23,289 nucleotides of DNA from Candidatus Iainarchaeum sp. (GTDB taxonomy: Archaea; Iainarchaeota; Iainarchaeia; Iainarchaeales; JAGVWC01). Made by a program: the position numbers and the translations under genes. Location of the stretch: positions 1-23,289 of the forward strand of contig JAGVWC010000015.1 in NCBI GenBank assembly GCA_018304465.1, in the 5' to 3' direction. Of the stretch, positions 8,837-17,296 are shown piece after piece. The notes under the pieces are model-generated. The model did not search any database and had not been told where the DNA came from. It saw only the letters and a list, made by a program, of their open reading frames with translations. Each line of letters starts with the position of its first letter. Positions within the stretch are counted from its first letter, which is position 1.

Positions 8837-11800
8837 CCCAATACCTCCGTAAACAACGGAATGTCATCGGCTTCTTCATCCGAATCCCCGACCACTAATG
8901 GAACCGCATCCAATTTTTCTCCGCCCATCGAAGACAAGTCCAGCGTAAGTAAAAACGCGTCGTTTGGAACCACTTTGTTCAACACCAAAATTTCTCCGAC
9001 CGCAATGTTGTCGGCTCCGACCAGTTGATTTACTTCAAAAACACCCGTTTGGTTGGGAAGCGGAGAACCGGTTTGGTCCACTTTTTGGATCGAAAGAACC
9101 TTTTTTTCAAGCAAACACGAATAAAAGTATTTCAAATCGCAATAGGTGCCATGATCCTCCAAAAACACCGACAAATACGCGATGTCATTCGGATTCACGG
9201 TCACGAACGAAAAATGCTCCAAATCCTTGGCCAAATCCGCGTATTGATCTTCTTTCAGATTCAAAAACAAATAATTCACTTTCACGTCCGCGCTGGTCCA
9301 CGCTTCGGGATCCCAATTCGAAACCACTTGAAACGAATCAAACGCCGAAGTCGCGGTACCGGTATAATGATAAATCGTCATTCCGACATCCACGCCTGTT
9401 GCAACAATGAAAACAGCCCAACCCACGGGACCCGCCGGAATCAACAATCCACGGATTCCGACAAGGGTTGCCGCCGGCAATCGCCACAACGCGCTTGCGG
9501 CCCGGCGAATCTGACTGCCGGCATGTAACAGGCGTTCGCCTCTGCGAACACGCGACGCATAAGAACCAAGCCGCGCGGCTTCCTCGGCAATCTGAGCGGT
9601 TCGACGCAACCGCGCCGAGGTCTGCAGATGCTCCGCAAGCGCGGAATACTGGCTGGGGTTTGCCGAAATCGCGCGTTCCACTCCGCGTCTAAACGACGGC
9701 GAGGCTTCGTAAAGAGTTCGAAGATTTTGGGAAACCTCCGGCGAAAAACGCGCAAAATTTTCGTTTCGCAAAAACGCTTCCGCGTACACGCGTGACGCGT
9801 CAATTGTTTCCGTCAAAGCCTGGCTTGCCTGACCCAACGAACGCGCGCGCAACATGCTTCGCGCGGTCCGGCCCGTGATTGCCGGAGGCGTCTGCGCAAT
9901 GGTTCGCGCATACTGTGCTTCTTGCTGCGCACGTGAACCCAGTTCGAATAACCGTTGAATCGCGGGTTCGTTTGTTCCCGCGGGATGAAAATTGGATAAC
10001 GCAGTGGCTTCCGCCATGAACCGGTCCGCCACTCGAACATCGCGGCCTAACCGAAGATTCCACACCGCAGAAGCAGGCGTCGTTACGGCGGACTGGCCTG
10101 TTTGAAGAATCAATCTTCCGCCCGCGGCCGCATCGGCACCCATATTCGGAAGAACCGTTCCAAGTCCGCCGGTTCCCACATCGCGAAACGCGCTGGCCAC
10201 CGCGATGCCACCGGACGCAACCATGACGGGCGGCACCACCCAATCAGCGCCCACTCTGAGACCTTCAAGCCCAAGTTCGGAGAGCGTCGTTGGATTGTTG
10301 ATCAAGAATTTTTTCTGCAACGCATCCGGTTGGCGCTGGAAACCGACGCCACCATTCGCGATATCAAACGAAGAAATTTCTTCCCGACTGGTTTCGGGCA
10401 TTCCCGCAAACTTTCGTTCAAAATCCGCCATATTGATTTTGTCGATAAACAACGCTTCGGTCGGTTTTCGAAGGCCTAACGCCGCGCTATCCACAAAATA
10501 ACCGGTGTCGTTGTCTTCATACGCGTATAATACGTACAGGATTTTTTTGTTGGCAGTAATCAAAAAAAACCGGTCCTTGGGATTTCCATCGCCTTGCTGC
10601 TCCAGAAAAATATAATCGCCGGTATAAAACTTGGTTAATTTGTCGCCTTGGAACACGGGATCGAAAATATCCACGTAATTGAACTGGTTCGTTAACTCGC
10701 GCAAAGAACCTACCAGTTGTGCGACCTTGGCGGGATTTCGACCGGCCAATGTCTTCGACGCGGCTTCAAGAACGGTTTTTTCGGAAAAACGGATTCCTTG
10801 CACCCGCAAGTCAACTCCCGGATTGAAAACCCCCGCGTTCCACACCCGCAAATCGATTCCGCATTGATTCCAGATTTCGGATTTTCCGCTTAACCACACG
10901 GGATCCTCAAAACTTCCGACGTCAAACGAACCGCACGGCGCGTCGTTTTTGGCGACCCAGAATTTTTGTCCGTGCGTTCCCTCGGTGATCACGATTTTGT
11001 ATCGCAAACTCAAATAATCAATCGAGAAATTATTCTGTTTTTCGTTGTCATGATCGAAATCCATGACATCGTCGCTTCCGGACGGGGTTTTCATAAAGAC
11101 ATGAAAAAAAGGCGTTCCGTTATCCATCATGCGCACGACATCGTAGTTTCGGAACGCCGTGTCATCCGTCCAATCGGTTCCGTGATACGTCACCACGATT
11201 TTGTGATAAAATTGTTCCGCGACATCCGCGATTTTTTCGGGTTCGAAGATTCCGCGTTTGCCCTTGAATTCACGGTAGGTGTTCTTGATCGGGCCCATCA
11301 AAAAAGACTCGTCGAAGGAAAATTTGTTAATGTGAATGTCCGTGGTTCCAGCGGTCACGTAATCATAAAAAAATGATACTCCGCAATCGGGCATTTTGTG
11401 CTCTCTCACTTTCAACAAACCAAACATTGTCACGCCGACTCCTTCGGATCCGTGACAATAATCCACCCCGTTTTTCTTCCCAATAACGGACCGAGCGCTG
11501 TTCACGCGCCCGAAAATAAGCTCGAACGTCTCACCCAAATACTCCATTCGGATCGTGCGCTTGGAATAATCCGCTAAATCCACATTCAAAGCAAACGGAT
11601 TGTTGGACACGTCCACGACAAATCGATCCCCTTCTTTGTTAAAATAGAACCAGTTATCCACGGTTTCGTCAATGCCATCCGTGTCCAGATACGAAATCCG
11701 AATCGCGTTGTTGGCTTTGACCATATTGTCGAATTCCGCTTGCGAAAAAACATCCGCAGGAGCAGTGGCTTGGGAAAAAACCGACGTGAAAAACGCGAAA

Positions 11801-11841
11801 GACAACACCAATGCCAAAACAAATCTTTGATTCATCCGCAT
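8833..11841 (-). CDS. Large exported hypothetical protein (~1000 aa) with Lys-free Arg/Ala-rich region and GPVGW hydrophobic hairpin
   Basis: Signal peptide; likely true start ATG 11835 (GAGGT SD, ATGA overlap). Beta-rich N-half, hydrophobic segments at ~534-552 and ~790-826, short C-terminal domain. Confidence 0.88.
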   Translation of the reverse strand: MRMNQRFVLALVLSFAFFTSVFSQATAPADVFSQAEFDNMVKANNAIRISYLDTDGIDETVDNWFYFNKEGDRFVVDVSNNPFALNVDLADYSKRTIRMEYLGETFELIFGRVNSARSVIGKKNGVDYCHGSEGVGVTMFGLLKVREHKMPDCGVSFFYDYVTAGTTDIHINKFSFDESFLMGPIKNTYREFKGKRGIFEPEKIADVAEQFYHKIVVTYHGTDWTDDTAFRNYDVVRMMDNGTPFFHVFMKTPSGSDDVMDFDHDNEKQNNFSIDYLSLRYKIVITEGTHGQKFWVAKNDAPCGSFDVGSFEDPVWLSGKSEIWNQCGIDLRVWNAGVFNPGVDLRVQGIRFSEKTVLEAASKTLAGRNPAKVAQLVGSLRELTNQFNYVDIFDPVFQGDKLTKFYTGDYIFLEQQGDGNPKDRFFLITANKKILYVLYAYEDNDTGYFVDSAALGLRKPTEALFIDKINMADFERKFAGMPETSREEISSFDIANGGVGFQRQPDALQKKFLINNPTTLSELGLEGLRVGADWVVPPVMVASGGIAVASAFRDVGTGGLGTVLPNMGADAAAGGRLILQTGQSAVTTPASAVWNLRLGRDVRVADRFMAEATALSNFHPAGTNEPAIQRLFELGSRAQQEAQYARTIAQTPPAITGRTARSMLRARSLGQASQALTETIDASRVYAEAFLRNENFARFSPEVSQNLRTLYEASPSFRRGVERAISANPSQYSALAEHLQTSARLRRTAQIAEEAARLGSYASRVRRGERLLHAGSQIRRAASALWRLPAATLVGIRGLLIPAGPVGWAVFIVATGVDVGMTIYHYTGTATSAFDSFQVVSNWDPEAWTSADVKVNYLFLNLKEDQYADLAKDLEHFSFVTVNPNDIAYLSVFLEDHGTYCDLKYFYSCLLEKKVLSIQKVDQTGSPLPNQTGVFEVNQLVGADNIAVGEILVLNKVVPNDAFLLTLDLSSMGGEKLDAVPLVVGDSDEEADDIPLFTEVLG

Positions 11842-12455
11842 AACCTCAACGCCGATTCGTTTTCGGCGATCAGTTCCAGATTTTCGTTATACGCCGCCTG
11901 GAAATTGCCTTGAAAAGGATACAATCCAATGGATTGCGCTTCGACGCCAAAACTCGAAGAAAAAGCCGCGGTTTTGTCCCCCAATGATTTAAGCGCCTCG
12001 TTGGTTTTTTCCAACTGGGTATTGAATTCGGATACGTCGGCTTTTTGGTCACACAAATCGTACACGAATTTCACTTTTTCGGACAAACGATCCAATTCTT
12101 TCAATTCAATAACAGCAATCAAAAAACGCTCATAGACCGCCACCAAGTCTTTTTCAGACCGGGAAACCGCGACCGCATTCTTGGACGCAAGATCGGTTTT
12201 CAAATCCAGAAGAGTTTCTTTATCCAGCAACAACAACGCGTCGGGATTGGAATGCAACAGATTCGAATCGATGTTTCGCGATTTTGTGAGGCTTTGAATT
12301 TCGGAAATAAAACCGCTTGAAATCGTCGAAGATTCCAGCGGCGATTCATCGGAGGAAAATTGTACCGGGGGTTGTAACGGCGACCACCAAAACCAGACTC
12401 CCGCCGCGACCAACGCCAGAACAAGAATTGCAAGCAATCGAGTGGTGTTTTTCAA
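11832..12455 (-). CDS. Hypothetical N-terminally membrane-anchored helical/coiled-coil protein (207 aa)
   Basis: TTG start with AAGGA upstream; TM LLAILVLALVAAGVWFWW; heptad-like helical remainder with two Cys; first gene of the coupled operon. Confidence 0.8.
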   Translation of the reverse strand: MKNTTRLLAILVLALVAAGVWFWWSPLQPPVQFSSDESPLESSTISSGFISEIQSLTKSRNIDSNLLHSNPDALLLLDKETLLDLKTDLASKNAVAVSRSEKDLVAVYERFLIAVIELKELDRLSEKVKFVYDLCDQKADVSEFNTQLEKTNEALKSLGDKTAAFSSSFGVEAQSIGLYPFQGNFQAAYNENLELIAENESALRLCG

Positions 12456-12551
12456 GGAAAATCGATCCTTTTTTGCATATTAGATGCTTTTAGTAGTTTT
12501 TATTTGTTGCGGTTAATCGGGAAGTTGATTTTGACACCGGTCGCAGTTAGC

Positions 12552-12559
12552 TTTATTAA
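12552..12559 (+). promoter_or_regulatory. Putative TATA box for 12591 gene
   Basis: TTTATTAA ending 31 nt before ATG 12591, in the AT-rich divergent spacer. Confidence 0.5.
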
Positions 12560-12590
12560 TTCTAAATACAAAAGTATGAAAGTGACCTAA

Positions 12591-13385
12591 ATGGTGATCA
12601 CCCGCATTCGAAGACGCGTTGTCAACCTGCAAGCAGGACGCGTCAACCGCGCCCAAAACCGACTGGAACGATTCACCACCCATGTTTCCGGCCAAACGTT
12701 TGCCGGATCCCGCAGTTTCATGGCGCGTGCCAACAAAAAAGTCGTCAACGCCCAATATAACGTTCAACGACTGAACGCCAAACTGGCGCGCATCCGATCC
12801 AATATTCAAGGCGCCGAAAACAGCTGGCCCATTATCCGACAACTTCGACGCGCCTTCTGGAACTGGCGATTGGGACGCGCAAGCGCCCGACTGGCCACCA
12901 AAACCCAACGATTAACCGCGGCCCAAAGCTACCAAGCCCAACGTAGAGCCGCCATGGAAACCACATACCAAACCAAAGTCGACAAACGACAAGCCAAAGT
13001 CGACAATCGATTCGCCGAATTCGACCGCACATTAAACAAACTCGCGACCACGCGACCGCGATTGGCCCGATTGGTCGAACCCAAAGTTCAAATCCTTGAA
13101 GCCCTCAATACAAACCGCGCGCCCGCGGCACCTGGAGCTCCGGCGCCCGTGCCGCTAAACCCGAACCTGTTCGTGCGATTACGCGAAAAACTCAACCGCG
13201 AAGTCGTTAACGGCGACGGACGCCAAGGCGCTTTCCGAATACTTGAAATCGACCGAGCCTTGGATGAATTGCAAAATGCAATGGTTCAAAACCCGGCCGA
13301 TGTCGCCGGACAAGCAACCGAATTAACACGGCTCATCAATTTTCGCGAAACCCCGCCGCCATCACCAACCCCCGCGGCACCCTAA
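12591..13385 (+). CDS. Highly basic coiled-coil hypothetical protein, paralog A (264 aa)
   Basis: Arg/Ala/Gln-rich helical N-terminal two-thirds, Pro/Ala linker, C-terminal helical domain similar to the next gene; no signal peptide. Confidence 0.85.
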   Translation: MVITRIRRRVVNLQAGRVNRAQNRLERFTTHVSGQTFAGSRSFMARANKKVVNAQYNVQRLNAKLARIRSNIQGAENSWPIIRQLRRAFWNWRLGRASARLATKTQRLTAAQSYQAQRRAAMETTYQTKVDKRQAKVDNRFAEFDRTLNKLATTRPRLARLVEPKVQILEALNTNRAPAAPGAPAPVPLNPNLFVRLREKLNREVVNGDGRQGAFRILEIDRALDELQNAMVQNPADVAGQATELTRLINFRETPPPSPTPAAP

Positions 13386-13392
13386 AACAAGG

Positions 13393-13400
13393 TTTATAAA
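13393..13400 (+). promoter_or_regulatory. TATA box for 13430 gene
   Basis: Consensus TTTATAAA preceded by purine-rich AAAACAAGG (BRE-like), ending 29 nt before ATG 13430. Confidence 0.65.
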
Positions 13401-13429
13401 CATCCCAACCTATTTGTATAACGGTCACC

Positions 13430-14200
13430 ATGGCACCCCGACTATTGCCCCGTCGAACAATTCAAGCCCTGCGACGCGCCCGCGAATCCGCCCAACTGCG
13501 CGACGCCGCCAAAGAACAACAAGCCCGCCTTGACGCCATGACCAAAAAAACCTTTGTGGTCGCGGGAAAAACCACGCGAAAAGCCTTTGAACGACACCAA
13601 ACCGCCGCGGGCAAACGCGACAAAATCGACATTAAAAGCTTAAACAATGCCGCCAAACTCGGAAACGCCCGCGCAAGACGCATCCCGATCGTGGGATGGC
13701 TTCTTTCCAAACGCCTGGAAAGAAAAGAAAGAAAAATCGTTCAAGAAAGCGGTCGCCAACTCAAACGCGTATCAGGAACCCAACGCGCGCTTGAAATCCA
13801 GCAAGGAAAATACGCGGTTCAATTCGACCAACAACTCACACGAGCAAAAGGCGTGCAAAACCTCGAACTACAACGCATGCGCATGGAATTATTCAAAGTA
13901 AGCCAAAACACCGAAGCACTGGAACAACCGCTTCAACGACAACTTGAAGCCATTCGAAAACAAAACAACACGGCTCCGGCAAGACCCGCGATGCGGATTG
14001 GTCAAACCCATTTTGACCAACTGAAACGAAAAATCACGGTGGAATCCCACGGACACGGCGTCGACAACGCGTACCGATTACTTGAGATTCGACGCAGTTT
14101 TGTCAAACTGGAAGATTTCATTAAAAGACGCCGGATCAAAGACGCAAGAGCCGAATTTGCCCGCATCAACGCGTTTAACGAAAACGTTCCCGCGGCCTAA
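13430..14200 (+). CDS. Highly basic coiled-coil hypothetical protein, paralog B (256 aa)
   Basis: Arg/Lys/Gln-rich, helical; C-terminal FDQLKRKITVESHGHGVDNAYRLLEIRR aligns with FVRLREKLNREVVNGDGRQGAFRILEIDR of paralog A. Confidence 0.85.
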   Translation: MAPRLLPRRTIQALRRARESAQLRDAAKEQQARLDAMTKKTFVVAGKTTRKAFERHQTAAGKRDKIDIKSLNNAAKLGNARARRIPIVGWLLSKRLERKERKIVQESGRQLKRVSGTQRALEIQQGKYAVQFDQQLTRAKGVQNLELQRMRMELFKVSQNTEALEQPLQRQLEAIRKQNNTAPARPAMRIGQTHFDQLKRKITVESHGHGVDNAYRLLEIRRSFVKLEDFIKRRRIKDARAEFARINAFNENVPAA

Positions 14201-14423
14201 AACCAAAACCCGATGGAAACGACTATGTTCAATGCTTTCAAACCGAGTCTACGAATTCGACCAAGCACCAGGTCTCCGATTCCCACGGGACTCAACGACC
14301 AATGTGGATACAACGGTTCTCCGTTTTCCAACTGATCGAGCCCCCCACAAATCTCGTTCGCGTAGGCAGTTACTCGCCCCGCCAGAAAAAAACATTCTTG
14401 AAATCACCGGTTAACAAAGGATC

Positions 14424-17153
14424 CTATTCGGACGCCAACGGAGAAGACGAAACGGAATTCTTGGCGGCTTGAAACGCCTGATTGATCGCAGATGCCTGAT
14501 CCCCGCCCGTAAACAACCCGTCTCCCACGAGGGATTGTGGAACCAAAATCGCTTCGGCGGGATCCTTGTTCAACCGGGCGGCAATTTCTTTTTTCGCATC
14601 CGGGTCGATTCCAATATCAAAAACAACAAAATCTTTTCCTTCGACTAAGCCAAGCGCCAACAAACCCCGCTTCAAATCATCGCAATCCGAACAGCCGTCC
14701 TGGAAAAACACTTTGATGGTTACGGGTGTTAGAGGCGGCGCGGAATCCACTGGCTTTGGAAGTTCAACAGCCATGGCGTTCAATTCATCCGCGATTTTTT
14801 TCCCCAGTCGCGCAAGCGATTCCCGCAAATTATCCGGAACCGTTGACACCAAAAAGGAATCCAACGTCACCGTGGATCCATCCGGACGCGTCGCCCCGAT
14901 TTGGACCTTGATTTCCGACCCGCTTTGAGCGGTCCACAAGGTTTTCGCTTTTTCCAAAAAACGCTGCAAACCGTCTTTTCCCAACAACAAATATTCCTGG
15001 CCATCTTTGGTCACGGTTCCAAGCTCGGTTGAAATCTCGACGCAACGCCCCGCTGTCACGTCCGCAGCCGAAGAACAATACGATACCACCGCGTTCTTGT
15101 TTTTCTTGAAAAATTCTTTCCAGGACTCCGGAATTTTCCACTCGACGGGTTCAACAGCCTCGCTGGATTTATCCGTCAAAACCACCGGAGGAGACGCCTG
15201 CAACGGGTCCGGCAACCGATACCTCACCGAACCCAACGCCATGGTTTGATTCGTCATGGCGGAGCGAATCTCGACCACCATATCGATGTCGCCCGAAGAA
15301 ATCACGAACGGATTCGTTTTTCCCGCCCAACCCGTCAACGTAAAACGACGCGGATCCTGCAAAGGTGCGGGTCTTTCAAGCAGTTTTTCAGGATTTCCAA
15401 AGGAAGACAAATACTCCAATGTCGAATCGCGCGAAGATTTCGGATCCAGATCAAAGAAAAAATCGCCTTGCTGCGAAACCACTTTCGAAATCACGTCGGG
15501 TTCCTGCACCAACAAGCCATCAAAAACCGGTTCTTTGTTTGTGGTTGGATTCACGAAAATCCGCGGATAAAAATCCCCTGGTTTGAACCAGTCGTTTCCA
15601 AGCCCCGACCAGCTGTAGCCTAACACCAACGGAAAATCATCCGGTTGAACGGAATACACGGGAGGCGCTTGACCCAAATTCAGTCCAAGATCAATCACCG
15701 TATTGCGGGACAAAAGCCGCGGAGAACCGGTTTTTAAAGAATAAATTCCAATGGATAGTTTCGGAAACGAAGGCGCGATCACAAAAGAATCGTTCATCGG
15801 AACCAACCGAATCACTCCGGTCGCGCGGCGGTTCTCCACCGGATTCACGAGTTCGATTTTCACGTCTTGCGGCGCGGTCTCGCCGTTTTTAAGCGATTGC
15901 CGATACACGTCCAAGATTTTTTTGAACTGCGGACTCGAAAACACGTTTTTGATTTCACGGGTTTTATCCGAAATTTTTTCACGCACATTTTCGCTGATTC
16001 GCGTGCAAACACCCGCGGAAGCCTGACTTGCCGGCGACGGACACGCGGTGGCCGTCGCGTACACCGGCGAATCCAATATTTTTCCGAACGGATCAAACGT
16101 CGGGAACAAAAAATCCAGGGTTTCGTCCGACACTTCCCCGGAATCCGGATTCACTTCGATCACAAAAGGAGACACCGTCAAAACATCCGGCTCGGGAAGC
16201 GGCGGACCCACAAACGCATTCGGAACTTCGATTATTCCGAACGCCACGTTTTGCATTTGACCGTTTTCTTCCGCCGTCAAAGAAATTTCAATCGAATACT
16301 TGTTCGCTTTAGGCTGGACCGCCTGGAAAAGCGGCGAGAACCAAAGGATATCCCCCTTGTTCAAAACGATTCCGGGCTGGGTTTCCTTGGCTAACGGCGT
16401 GCCGTTGACCGTTACCGAAAGAAAATAATCCTTGTCGGGATCCAGGTTCGCGGTCTTAACATCCAAACGCAAATCCAAATACATGTCGGACGAAACAAAC
16501 GACGACGGATCCAGTTCCGTCACGGGATCGCCTTCAATGGAAAGCAATTTGATTTCCGAAAAACGCGGTTTGGGCTTAAGCGAAACCGTCCACTGATCCC
16601 ACGTTTGCGCGGCACCCGCCACGAACCGGGACCACGAATCCCCCAGATTTTTCAACGGGTCGTCTTGCGGGGATTCGGGAGGCAAAAACGCATGAAAATC
16701 ATTCGGGGATTCTTTGGCCCCCGCAACAATCACGGTGTGTTGCTGATTCGACACCACTTGATTCGAAGAACGATCCGTGATTCGCACGACGAGCACAACA
16801 CTTGGACTGTTTTCCGAAATATCAAACGGAACCGTTTCAAACAAGCGACCCTGGTTCAACACCGTTCCCTTGGTGACGACGCCGCTCGCGATTTTTCCGT
16901 TCACTTCCAATCGCACGTCAAAATCAGAATTGGAAAAGCCGGTCGTTTTGACGAACACGCTCATCAATCCGCGCTCGGACTCGAAACGCCCCGCGTTTCT
17001 AACTTCAACGAAAACATCCGAAGCCGAAAGCGAACCGTCGAATGCTTCGAAATCATTCGGATCGGAAGCAGTGGACTCGAAAACCTGGGACAAAACACTG
17101 ATCGCTGGAACCAACAAGAAAAAAAACATCAAACCCGCGATTTTCGAATTCAT
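14424..17153 (-). CDS. Large exported repeat protein with C-terminal glutaredoxin/thioredoxin-like CxxC domain (909 aa)
   Basis: Signal peptide; duplicated beta units; C-terminal IKVFFQDGCSDCDDLK...VPQSLVGDGLFTGGD has the glutaredoxin pattern (strand-CxxC-helix, cis-Pro VP, GG-D). Confidence 0.85.
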   Translation of the reverse strand: MNSKIAGLMFFFLLVPAISVLSQVFESTASDPNDFEAFDGSLSASDVFVEVRNAGRFESERGLMSVFVKTTGFSNSDFDVRLEVNGKIASGVVTKGTVLNQGRLFETVPFDISENSPSVVLVVRITDRSSNQVVSNQQHTVIVAGAKESPNDFHAFLPPESPQDDPLKNLGDSWSRFVAGAAQTWDQWTVSLKPKPRFSEIKLLSIEGDPVTELDPSSFVSSDMYLDLRLDVKTANLDPDKDYFLSVTVNGTPLAKETQPGIVLNKGDILWFSPLFQAVQPKANKYSIEISLTAEENGQMQNVAFGIIEVPNAFVGPPLPEPDVLTVSPFVIEVNPDSGEVSDETLDFLFPTFDPFGKILDSPVYATATACPSPASQASAGVCTRISENVREKISDKTREIKNVFSSPQFKKILDVYRQSLKNGETAPQDVKIELVNPVENRRATGVIRLVPMNDSFVIAPSFPKLSIGIYSLKTGSPRLLSRNTVIDLGLNLGQAPPVYSVQPDDFPLVLGYSWSGLGNDWFKPGDFYPRIFVNPTTNKEPVFDGLLVQEPDVISKVVSQQGDFFFDLDPKSSRDSTLEYLSSFGNPEKLLERPAPLQDPRRFTLTGWAGKTNPFVISSGDIDMVVEIRSAMTNQTMALGSVRYRLPDPLQASPPVVLTDKSSEAVEPVEWKIPESWKEFFKKNKNAVVSYCSSAADVTAGRCVEISTELGTVTKDGQEYLLLGKDGLQRFLEKAKTLWTAQSGSEIKVQIGATRPDGSTVTLDSFLVSTVPDNLRESLARLGKKIADELNAMAVELPKPVDSAPPLTPVTIKVFFQDGCSDCDDLKRGLLALGLVEGKDFVVFDIGIDPDAKKEIAARLNKDPAEAILVPQSLVGDGLFTGGDQASAINQAFQAAKNSVSSSPLASE

Positions 17154-17183
17154 TTGGCCCTACTTGAAAGAATTGCTAAATGA

Positions 17184-17191
17184 ATATATAT
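17184..17191 (-). promoter_or_regulatory. TATA box for 909-aa gene
   Basis: CAAAAAAC-TATATATT on the minus strand ~31-38 nt upstream of ATG 17153. Confidence 0.55.
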
Positions 17192-17296
17192 AGTTTTTTG
17201 CTCCCAAAACCCTGTTTTTGAAGAAAAACAAGCCCAAACCGGTTTCAAAAAAGACATAAAGTCTTTTATTTTCCAAAAGCAGTATAGATTCATCGT

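Noticed and set aside
12513-12908. 131-aa minus-strand ORF opposite paralog A
   Set aside because: Antisense shadow; the plus-strand ORF has a TATA box and a paralog.
14082-14414. 110-aa plus-strand ORF
   Set aside because: TTG start inside paralog B, no recognisable features; region treated as an unexplained spacer.
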